In this document: positions 13,701-25,700 of the stretch, piece after piece | How positions within the stretch are numbered: the stretch's first letter is position 1 | Layout: each line of letters begins with the position of its first letter | Assembly: GCA_965649765.1 (NCBI GenBank) | Contig: OZ287750.1 | Coordinates: 13,020,001 to 13,084,000 of the forward strand | Reading direction: 5' to 3' | Length of the DNA stretch: 64,000 nucleotides | DNA from: Bispira polyomma | Lineage: Eukaryota | The notes under the pieces: generated by a model | What the model was told of the DNA's origin: nothing | Databases searched by the model: none | The model's input: only the letters and a program-made list of their open reading frames with translations | Program-made: the position numbers and the translations under genes

Positions 13701-16700
13701 TTCCTCTCCTAAGGCTACTGAAAGAAAGACGAGTAGCACGGTAGGAGGGCTGTTAAGAGACGACAGCTTTGAAAGTGGTGACATGGATTTTAAACAAAAT
13801 TTAATAATGGAAATCAATGTAATTTTCTGAATAATAAATTTGGGAGAATGAAATTGAGTTCACAAATTGAATATTCAGATAATAGAAGTTCAGATAATAG
13901 CTATTCCAGTGTAGTTCTCTTTAAATCCAAATAAATGGATATATTGAATTCTCAAAAAATCTTCTGTGAAATCATTGACAGCAGTCAAATTTCAGTGATA
14001 TGTTTGTAACAAGTGAGCTGATTGGCTCGTATATTTAGACTTAAACAATATGTTTGAATGTGATGTAGAGTGAAACCGAGAGAGACGACACAGGGGATAT
14101 TGAAGAAGGAGAGATGGATGAACTGATTAAGTAAGTATGACTAGGCACTCTGTGTAACATTTAGGTAAGTACGACTGGCCACTTTGTACAAGATTCAGGT
14201 AAGTATGTATGAGTAGGAACTTTGTACAACATTCAGGTAAGTACGTAAAACTGAAGTTTGTACAACATTCAGATACGTAAGTAAAACTGAAGTTTGTACA
14301 ACATTCAGATACGTAAGTAAAACTGTGGAGTTTGTACAACATTTAGATAAGTGAGTAAAACTGAAGTTTGTACAACATTTGGGTAAGTAAGTAAAACTGT
14401 GGAGTTTGTACAACATTTAGGTAAGTGAGTAAAACTGAAGTTTGTACAACATTCAGATACGTAAGTAAAACTGTGGAGTTTGTACAACATTTAGGTAAGT
14501 GAGTAAAACTGAAGTTTGTGCAACATTTGGGTAAGAAAGTAAAAATGTGGAGTTTGTACAACATTCAGGTAAGTAAGTAAAACTGTTGAGTTTTTACAAC
14601 ATTTGTGTTAGTAAGTAAGTAAAACTTTGGAGTTTGTACAACATTCAGGTAAGTAAGTAAAACTGTAGAGTTTGTACTACATTCAGATATGTAAGTAAAA
14701 CTGTGGAGTTTGTACAACATTCAGATATGTAAGTAAAACTGTGGAGTTTGTACAACATTCAGATATGTGAGTAAAACTGTGGAGTTTGTACAACATTTAG
14801 ATGCGTAAGTAAATCTGTGGAGTTTGTACAACATTTAGATACGTAAGTAAAACTGTGGAGTTTGTACAACATTCAGATACGTAAATAAAACTGTGGAGTT
14901 TGTACAACATTCAGGTTAGTAAGTAAAACTGTGGAGTTTGTACAACATTCGGGTAAGAAAGTGAAACTGGAGTTTGTACCTGCTCAGTATGCAGAAAAAT
15001 TACTGTGCATGTGGACGTTCTTGCTGCTAGTTTATTTTAATATTTTGGCATGTTTAGGATTTCACTGGAATTATGATTTGGATTATTGACTAATTTTAGT
15101 TAAAAGTGTATTACAGAATTAAAATTTCTACTTAAAATTAATTTTCAATGTTCAAGTTCACAAGAAAAGATAGCTGAAATTATTGCAAAGTCATATATAC
15201 TTACTTCCAGTTGTGTTTAGAACGGAATGTGTTACAGTAATGGAAATTATTTGGTTTATGTTGTTAATTCAGTTCTAAGTGTCAAACTTTTTTAAGGTCT
15301 AGGTTGTTAGTAATTGATTGTTTTAATTTTTTTTAAATTAAATAGTAGGTTATCACATACATGTACAGTGTGTATAAATTATTAAATTAATCTTGTTTTG
15401 ATTTTAATTTCCTGGAAGATTAACTTGCAACAAAGTTTACATTCTTGACTTCCCTGTGAAGGAATTGAGTCAGACATCCAGAACATTTATGTACATAAAA
15501 GCAGTGGTTCAGAGTTTTAGAATCAAACTATACATGTACTTAGTAACCGTGGTCTGGCGTTCATTTCAGTTCTATACCCATTGACTACAACCTGTACAGA
15601 AAGTTTTGGGCTCTTCAAGATTACTTCAGAAAGCCACAACAGTGCTATGACAAAGTGTCCTGGAAAACATTTACAAATGTAAGTAGAATCTCTTCTCTGT
15701 CCAAATGTGCGACTATTTGGCATCAGTTGATAACTAGCATAGCTCTCTAGTTAGTTAAAAATTCAATACTTAATTAGTAACATGTTATAGTTCTTAAGTA
15801 GATCTTTGACATCTTGTTATCATAATTGATATACATCTTCTTTTGTAACAATTTGATGTGTTAGATATGTATAAATTCTCATTTACATCCTATTAGAAAA
15901 ACATGACTTCAAGATGTACAAATATTTGTTATAGGTTGATGTATTGCTCCCTGGTTTAAACTTCAATATATGCTATAATTTAGTTCTGAGTATCTCTTTT
16001 ATGGTGTACATGGTATTGCCATACTTGATTTTGTCACATTTGATTTTCCCACAATTTTTACAGAGCATTGATTTTGCCACAGGGGGCATTGATATTCCCA
16101 CAGTTGTTTTTGCTGCAGTTTATTAGACAAAAAGTATATACAGAAAAAGTATATTTTATTTTTTCAATGTTGAGCATCTTCAAACTGGATTTGTAATTTC
16201 CATCATGAAGGTATCACTAATTATATATAACAGTAGAGAATTATGAATCTGTTGCCTTGATCAACAATCACTGATCTCTGAGATGAATGTAATGTTAGAT
16301 GACTAAATCTGTACTCCTATAGATATAGCCACTGTAACCATTTGTAAATTACCATCAGAATATCATAGACACTCCTAGTTGATATGTCTCCTTGTAGTAT
16401 TCAGATGAAGTATTGGGATGTTTTGAGAGTTTCAAACTGGATGACATGAAATCTACCAGAAAGAAGCGAGACCATCAGTATGAAAACAATTCACAGGCTT
16501 TCTTTTCCAAATATCTAACCAGTGAAAAGGTAAAAAGTCTGTAGTTTTCATTACTTTGTGTGATAAAAACAAACAAAAAACCAGTTTTACACTTTGACTA
16601 ATTGCATTTTCTTTGTAGTTGACTGCTCATGTAAACCTGCTTAAGCTAATATTACACTGGTTTAAACCTCACATATGAATCGGATAACAGTAGCCTACAT

Positions 16701-19700
16701 GTGCTAACTTCTTATATTCAATTTCAAACTTGTATCTTTGAATATTGTGATAGGTTAAAATTGGTTCTAGTAAAACAAAAATATTGAACTTATACTTGTA
16801 CTCTGGATCTTGTTAGTATATTTAATGTTTTGTATTTTAGTTACTAGATCTACAGCTAAGTGATGGTCACTTTAGACGATATGTCTTGGTACAATTCCTT
16901 ATTCTGTTCCAGTATCTCAATGCTCAAGTCAAGTTCAAAAAGTAAGTTTAGATTTAAATTGACCAGCATGGTATTTATCAGTACGTTGTCTCTAAAAGCA
17001 CAAAGAAGTCTTAAGTCTTGTATACTCATGCTCTAAACGTGTGAGAATTATCTGAGAGATGTTATTTATAAAAACAACTTTGAAGTAAAAATGTGTTTTT
17101 GCTTTGTTTTTATTTTTTTGGGTTTTGTCTAAAAGGTGAATGGGAAAGAACTTTCAAAGCCGAATAGACTGCAAAAACTGCAAACCTTATGTAGAACATA
17201 TAGGTTTCAAATTTCAACTCCAGAATTACTGTAGACAGATATAAGGAGTTTCCAAATTAAGTTGGATGTTTTAACTTTGAGATTTTTAATGATATATACT
17301 GTGCAAGAGTTCTTCATTTTCACTGTCTACATGTTTTATTTGCTCTCTGTTCTAAAGCGCAATATTGGTGTTGCATAAAATACTGTATTCAGGCACAGTG
17401 GAGAAATAAAAAAATTAATGATTTCTAAGAAAGTTTTTACTGATATGGTACATATCCTGATTGTTTAACCCTTTTACCTATGCCATTGATTATCATAGGT
17501 ACTCCCAGAACCTTTGTTTGTCAGCAAGCAGGCAGCACTCTAAAAATATCATTTTTTTTATTTCTTTCAGTTCCTCGCAATAGGAAATTCTTAGTACAGC
17601 AGATTTCCTTGTTAAAAACAAAATATGTGAGGCAAGAAGTAATCTGTGATGTGTGTTTTAGTGACTCTAGCTATGTCTAACCTCTTACCCCCAAAATTTA
17701 CCTCAGTTATCAGTGATTGTTTTCTCTTTGGGTCGAAAGGGTTAAGTTTGTCTTTCCTACATACATGTATAATCAGAAGGATTATGTTTTAGTGCTAACC
17801 AAATCCTAGCCGATGACCAATCGCCATGGATGAAAGAAACTCAAGACAAAGTCTACAAGATTCTCAAAGAAACTCCTCCTGACGGGGAGAAGTTTTTTGA
17901 AACCATAGAGGTAACACACACACACCTTGTGGGTAGTCTTAAAAACTGTTTTACCGTTGTTTTACCGAGCCTTAAGCTTAAGGATTCCTTCTATAAGTAT
18001 GACTTAGCAGTTCTCAAACCATCGCGGTAACACACACACCTTGTGGTATGCTTGAAAATCTCTGACGTTTTACAGAGACTCAAGCTTAAAGGTTACTTAT
18101 AAAAGTCTCACTTACTTATAAAAATCTCACTTAGCAGTGCTCAAACGATAGAGGTAACACACACACACCTTGTGGTATTCTTTAAAAACTGTGGCGTTTT
18201 ACCGAACTCGAGCTTAAAGACTACTTCTGGAAGTACTCAGCACTCAGCAGTGTGCAAAGCTCCACTATGGGGTACAAAATCAACCTAGCTTCAGACCTAG
18301 TCCTCTCAATGTTGACTATCTCATTCTCATAAGATATCGAATAAATATACTTAGATGTAAACAAAGATTGTGAAGGCAGTTTCAAAATGGTCAACAAAAT
18401 ATACACGCTTGCTATGTTTTTAGTATAATAAAAAATTGTATTAGGTTTCATTTTACAGGAATCTTGTTGTAAATGTCTTCGCCATTTTATCTTTGTCAGA
18501 AGATATTCAGTACAGTTTATGAACCATAACTTTTAAGAGGGATGTTGACTTAACGGGGTTCTACTCAAAACATTGTGACTGTAAATGTTTTAGAGTAATA
18601 ATTTTGCAGTTTTATTTGTGTATAGTAAATCACTATCAAGTAATAATAAAAAAGGCTAAAGCTTGCTGAAGAATCACTGTAAAAACTCTGTAATTACGTC
18701 CTTATAGTTTGTGTGACAGTGTTTGCATAATCTGGATAGGATCATAAATCCTGGTAACCTAGGTGAGATAACCCCCTGAATATTTTCATTGCTAAGCAGG
18801 CATAACTATGGCTGCTGTGATGTGACTGTATTGTGATATCTATTTGGTTGTGACATCACAGGTCAGTGTAGTGGGCTTCTATAAGGTTTGATGCTATGAA
18901 CCTATATTGGATAGTCCAATATGTGTATTTACACACGGTTTTGCCAGAAAAGCTCATAAGGCACATTAAACATAAATTTATCTGTGTGTTGGTTGAGTAT
19001 AGGTTGACCATAGTGGAAATAATTCCTGGAATAGGAATGCAATGTGTCTGTGTATTAGAGATTTTACGCATATTTTTTTTTAATCACTATCAAGCTGTAC
19101 CGTTTTTTGCTTTAAAGCATATTTTGACCAGAGAAGAAAACTGGAACACATGGAAGAATGAAGGATGTCCTAGTTATGTGAGAACAGCGATGGAGACACA
19201 AGTAAAAATGCCTCAAAGGTTAGTGACATGATCTGTAACCATAGCTATGTTAAGAAATCACCCATAACAAGCCATAGATATACCAAGAAATCTGCCATGA
19301 TTGGAGGTGAAACCAATGTGGTTTAATTGAATCGGATATTACTGATTATCACATGACAAATTTAAAAACATTACCTGAATATTGCTGTGTTTAACATTAA
19401 ATCATATTGCCGTACTTTTAATCCAATCAGAATTGAGGACACAAGCTTGTCATGTTGTAATTAAGTGCAAATGGGATAATGTGGTCTCCCATAGCCTAGT
19501 GGATAGGGAGTTGGTCTGGCGATTGAAGTGTCCCCGGTTTGACTCCAGCTAACGCTGCTAGGTTCATTAGTAGGATGACATCTTTAGGAAAGATGTCACT
19601 ACTGATGATGCTTGATCCAGGGCTTTCTATATTGCAGCCCCCTTTGATCAGAAACAGTCTCCCAGTTGACCTGAGATCACTGGAAGCACTGATCGGTTTT

Positions 19701-22700
19701 AAGGTAAAACTTAAAAACCTGTCTTTTTAAGCCTTGTTTACCCTCCATAGTTTCCTCCTACACATTTTCCCTTACGACCTTGCTGTGTCCATTGACTACA
19801 TGATTGGCTCACTTATTCTGTCGTAATAATAATAATGATGACCAAGGCAATGTTGTAGGACATATGATTCATTGATTGATTTAGATGTTGTGCTTTACAA
19901 GGTGCCTCGCATCAATGAAGCACGTTGAAAATATTAAATACAATATAGTCACAGACTGCACTTTCTATATCCATTAAGTGAATACATGGGTCTTGGAAGG
20001 AAAGATGCTTAATAATAATAATAATATTTATTTATCCAGCATAATATTATACAATACAATGATGTTACAATGGGTACTGATGCTGAAAGGAAATGTCTGA
20101 AGTTAGATAACTTATAGTATGACATTCCCTGCTTTTGAAAAAAAATTACAAAAGAGTAAAAAAAATAAACAAAATTATAAAAGAGAAAAAAATTCAGTTT
20201 TGGTTTCATTATATTTGTTAATCAAATGGATAATGACAGAAAAATAGATGTGTAATTGGTATCTATTTTTGGTAACAAGTTGTAGGTTCATAGTTCTGTA
20301 GTTTTGCTATTATATCACAAGCAATCTTTTCACCTTTTGGTAGAGCTCAGAAGAGGAGTTTGGGAGATGATCTGAAAACAAGTCAGGGAAAACTAATCAA
20401 AATGGGAAATGCAGAACTTACACATCTCTGGAATCTCTCTTCTGATAACATGAGTGCATGTAGGGACCCCAAAAGGTAGGCGGTGTGTTTCTGTCAATAA
20501 GTTAAGCACTACAGTTACTAAAAGTATAAAAAAAATTGAAAAATTTAAGCAAAAGTAAAAAAAAAAAACGTACAATACAGAATAAGGCAATAAATGTCAA
20601 CAATGATTATCTAAACAAAATATATAGTATAATTAACAATCAGCTAAATATATGTAATGTGTCTTATTTTTTTACTCAATGTTTTTCCTTGACTTTTTAA
20701 CTTTATTTTTGTAGTATTTTCTTTGATAAAAGAAGTATTTGTCAATAGAAACATAGTTTAGAATTATTGTGTTATTTCAATCAGGCTTTTTGTAACATGC
20801 CTTTGCTGTTTTTCCTAATATTGTAGAAATTTCTTGCCTCAACTTGAAACCTATTTTGAGAATGCAATGGAGCAGAATGACCCAGAAGCAATGGTGGAGG
20901 ATGAATATAAGTATGTTCTTTTCTGGTCATTTTCTGCTGTTTCTGTGACCGTAGGTCTTATGTAAATAAACACCATATTCAACTGTTATCTAGGTTTTAT
21001 CATAATACAGTTGAATAACCAGTCATGGAAAACCTGAAAAACCAAAAAGGTCATGGAAAAGCCATGATGGACCTTTTAAAATCTAACTAAATCTTTATGC
21101 TCTGGCAAAGTGCTCCAAACTTAATACCATGGATACAAGATAATAGCTTTACAGCTTTTAAAATCTTTTTAAAGTCTTTTCAAACTTGTTACCGTGGATA
21201 CAAGATAAAATCTATTCAAAGTCTTTTTAGTAGAGCTAACTCTGTTCAGTCAATTTCTCTTTTATGTGGAGAAAAATTTATTGTCCCATAAAACTCATAT
21301 ATTTTAAAATCTACCCTGTTAAAGTGGGAATCCTGCTTACTTAAAGGTACTTTACCTCATACAGTGAGATTCAATGGGTGCAGCTGTATTCTAGAAAAGT
21401 TACTTTATTAATGTATGTTAAGTATTTAGTTATAAAAGTATTTCTTTGAAAATAAAGTTTAAAAATTGGTGTTAAAGTGACACCATACAAGAGACCATAC
21501 TATTATATGTACTTTGTAATAGTCATAGAAAAATCCAAAATTTAATGATTGTATTAACCTGGAAAGTGAAAATTTTGTATGGAAAAATTATGGAAAAAAA
21601 ATTGAAGCATCAATAGAAACCCTGAACAATGGAGTGGTTGAAATAGAAATTTTTGGTTGATGTGTCATTATAAAGTAAATGTGTTCGTAATTCCAATGAG
21701 CTGTATTAACTAGAGGATTTAAATCTCTAGGTTACACTAATGAAGTTTCATGTACAGCTCTTTTTCATGTTTAACTTTTTCTCTTGCCTCTTCAAAAGAT
21801 TGGTGAACAATACTACATTTGCCTGGAAATCTCTGCGTCTGCTAGCAAGAAGATGCCCACATTTCTTTGCTCAGCAGCAAGGAGGTGTGTCAGGAAATCA
21901 GCCTCCAAAGTCTGTAGCCAAGTATTTAGATGGTATGCTGAACAAAATTGCCAAAGAACTGCCTGTGAGTACTGGAACACTAGACCGTTGACCTATATTT
22001 CTATTTTTACCCCACATCCTATATATAAACAAGAAATAGCAGTCGAGAGACTGCAAAACCTCCCCTGGAAGTTCAATCACGGACTTGTGAATTGGCGATT
22101 GGGGTTAGTATATGGAGTAAGGTGTACTTTACTTTTAAATATGAAGTTAGGGTTATTATTAAATTAGGTAGGTATCCCTACCTAATTTTTTATAATGACT
22201 TTCTCCTAGCAACAATTTTGGGACAACGTAATCTCAGAACTTACAAGGACCTCGGCTTTCATATTTGGCATACATGTTAAGTCGGTTTCAAAGAGGCACC
22301 GTTTGTAAATTTGTGTTAATTCCACCAGAATTGAGGGAGAAACAGCCATTTTTTCAGCCATTTAACACACAAAGAGACCGGTTTGTAGGCCCATCTGTGA
22401 CTGTGACATCATTCACTTGTCCTGTAGTACTTTGAACTACTTTACATGCCAGTTATGGGGCCTAGCATGATGCAAGATTTGGCCAATGAAAACCTTGTCT
22501 GGGCGTGGCTTAATATAATTTGGGAGTACCAGTCACTATTGATTTTCTGTAACTAGTATTTTGCTTACACAAGCCTGGCCGTGACCTTGCTCATGTGAAC
22601 AGTACAGTGGTTTTTAGAAAAACGTGTTGTAACCTTTAGGAGTTTTTTTTTCTACTAGAACATAGCGTGGTATTATATACAGGATACTTATATATACCCT

Positions 22701-25700
22701 CTGTTATCCAAACATGTTGAGAAAGTTACATTTTGCAAATATACTATATGACTTATAACAATTAGTTTGTTCTGTTCTGTGTGGTCACTTTAAGGTTACA
22801 GCATGTTTCAGTCATTCCAGATTCCAACTCCAAAACTGCTTGATGGATTGCATTCATATTTGGTACACAGATGTATATGAACCTGAGGAGGAACCTTATT
22901 GTATGGTGGCCTTAAATTCCTGAGAGTTAAAATTTTATGACGACTTTAAGGTTACAGCATATTTCAGTCATTCCAGACTCTAACTCCAAAACTGCTTGAT
23001 TGATTTCATTCATATTTGGCACACAGATGTATATGGACCTGAGGAGGAACCCTGTTGTATGGTGGCCTTAAACTCATAACAGTATAAGTATTATAATGAG
23101 TTTAAAATTATGACCTGTTTAATTACTTCCAGACTGTAACACAAAACCTTTCTATACACTTTTAAGTTAATATTTGAGGTTAAGAAAATCTGTTCCATTT
23201 CCTTAAAATAAAAGTGATGGTACCACTGCATGCTTGTTTTATACTTCTTTGCGTTTATATAATTTTTTCTCTCTCCAACTTACCTAAGAGCAGGGGACAC
23301 AGTAACATTCATCTGATTTCTTGTTTTATTAGACGTTTCGCCCATGTCTTGTACACATGTTCAGATTGCAAACTGGTACTGTTTATCGCACTGAAGACAA
23401 ATATATACTGATAGGTAGCTATACAAAAAATCCATCTTCGTCGTCTCTTTCTCAGAGCCCTACCTAATTGTGCGACCAATTATTGGTTGCAATTGACATC
23501 GTGTTTCTATTTATAAAATTACATAGAAATGCGGTATATATTCAACATAATAACCCTATCTTCATATTTTAAAGTAAAGTACACCTTACATGCAATACAA
23601 TGGGCCGTTTCTGGCTGATATACTCCATATATTACATCTGGATGTACACTACCATAACTGCTAGTTTGTGACGTCATATTGGGTTTAATACGTGGAGTAT
23701 ATCAGCCAGAAATGGCTCATTTTATTGCAAGGTGTATTTTACTTCCAAGTATGAAGTTAGGGTCATTATGTTAAATATACATACCATTTCCATAGCGGTA
23801 ATATGGGACGTGTTTGAAGTTAATTATGGTAACAACTCTGTACTTCTTTTTTAGAGTTGTAGAAGTTTGTATTTGAACCTAAATTTTTAAGGTCAAAACT
23901 TTTCGTATCTAATTTGCCGTGAATTTTCAATATTTTAGGTCTCTTTCTGATTGTTTTGTGTTATATTTTGACCTATGTAAGCATAATAATACCCTTTTAT
24001 AAGTGGATAATAAAAGAAAAACCTCCCTTGTGGTGTATATTACAAACATGTACACCACTCCAGTAGTTAGTTAGTACTCCAGCAGTAGCTATTATATCAC
24101 ATTATGTACACTACCATCAGTGCTAGATTGTGACGTCATAGGGGCCCCGGTGGCCTAGTGGTTAGCAAGCATTGCACTTCACGATCACTGGTCTCTCACC
24201 TTTGGGCAGCGTGAGTTTGACTCCCGTCGATGACTATGTGGGAAAGGTGGTAATTCCTTACTGTGGGCCGCTGGTTTCAGTGCAGAACCTTGATCAAATG
24301 TATGCAGTGTTTCCTCCAGCGTTTCCATCTACCCGTCCCAATATAACCTAAACAGGTACTACAGTGGACGTTAAATATTCAAATTCAAATTCAATTCATA
24401 AGTGACGTCATAATGAGAAATGATGTATTGATGACGTTTTCATCATATTTCGTATATATCCCCGACCTCGAAGTCGGTGTAGCTTCCGTTTGCCTAATGC
24501 TGTCTTAGCTGTATACAAATTAGGCCATATGTCCCCGAGTAATGTCTTCAGTGTTTGCTATATGTAAATGATCCCCGGTCTGGGTGTCGGTGTAGCTTCG
24601 GTTTGCCGAACACTGTTTTCATTTTTTATATATGGCGCGGAAGAAAACAGATCTTCAGTGGTAGTTTTGTATATAGAAAAGGAAATCTTGTCTTAAAGCT
24701 ACAGTTCACAAGCCATTTGTATGGAATTTGGCACAAATGTAGAGGTCCCCATGTTGAAATATATCTGTAAATTTTAATGCATTTGATACAGTAGTTTTTG
24801 TTTAATAATGGTTTGTACAGACACACACACAAACCGAAAACAATAACCTCTCCCAAAGGGTGAGGTTAATTACAGAGTATTGTTTTCACCCAGATTTTGT
24901 GTATGGGCATCCAGGCGGTGGCTGCCAAATTTTTCCTGGGCTATTTCTTTTAAACAGTGAGGCTTAGGAATTTCGTAATTGGTACAAATATTCCTTAGAG
25001 GGTGTACGTATGCAACGTCATGGTCTGAATTCACCCACAAACTGTGGGGTTTTGCCATTTCTGATGCTGTTTTATGTTTCTTTCAATGTGGGAGTCAAAT
25101 AAATATGGTCACTGTCCATTTTGACTTACTGCTTTACATTTACAAGTTAGACTGTTTCTTTCAAATATTGAACTCGGTGCAGTGTAAAATCATGTCACTG
25201 TTAGTAAAACAAATAAAAATGAGCTACTTTGTTTAATAAAAATTTCAACACTTTGTCACATTTTATGATGGATTCTTGTAGCATAAAAATGTATTTTGGG
25301 GTTTGATGAGTTTTCATTTCCATTATGTGGCATTCACACTGTCCAAGTTCACGCTCCAGCGTTGCTGTTTACTCAAGACCATTAGAACTTGGCTGATCAG
25401 GAGAGAAAGATGGGAAAATGTTCATTTGCATATATTTGCATCCCCCGTTTATGACCCGTTTATCCCCATTTATGCCTCGTTTATGCGCAGGATATGCCTA
25501 GTTCTGACCAGATCTCACCCATTTATTAAAAATATATGCCCAGACCGGACCAGATCAAAGCAGTTCATCACATGTTCATATAACGTTTATTACAGTTTAC
25601 TCCAGTTCTGGCCAGATCACACAAGTTCTAAGCAGTTTAAGCCCTGTTTACACAAGTTCTGAGCAGTTCAACCCCCGTTTATGCCCCGTTTATGCCCGTT

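Noticed and set aside
14127-14564. Four overlapping minus-strand repetitive ORFs (CCTNFSFT.../LLTYLNVVQT...)
   Set aside because: Translation artefacts of the 36/38-bp minisatellite inside THOC1 intron 9.
18896-19231. ORF-track ORFs overlapping THOC1 exons (also 10752-11018, 17830-18030, 21740-21991, 27196-27432) as separate genes
   Set aside because: They are single THOC1 exons extended into flanking intron sequence.
22478-22520. CCAAT + GGGCGTGGC + TAATATAA promoter-like cluster in THOC1 intron 17
   Set aside because: Short motifs in a repeat-rich intron with no downstream exon evidence; could be chance or a TE remnant.
24141-24230. tRNA genes (also at 41870, 2010-2087, 19480, 34490-34800)
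   Set aside because: The A/B boxes belong to SINE heads, which have a body, tail and TSD or tandem degeneracy. No complete cloverleaf could be drawn.
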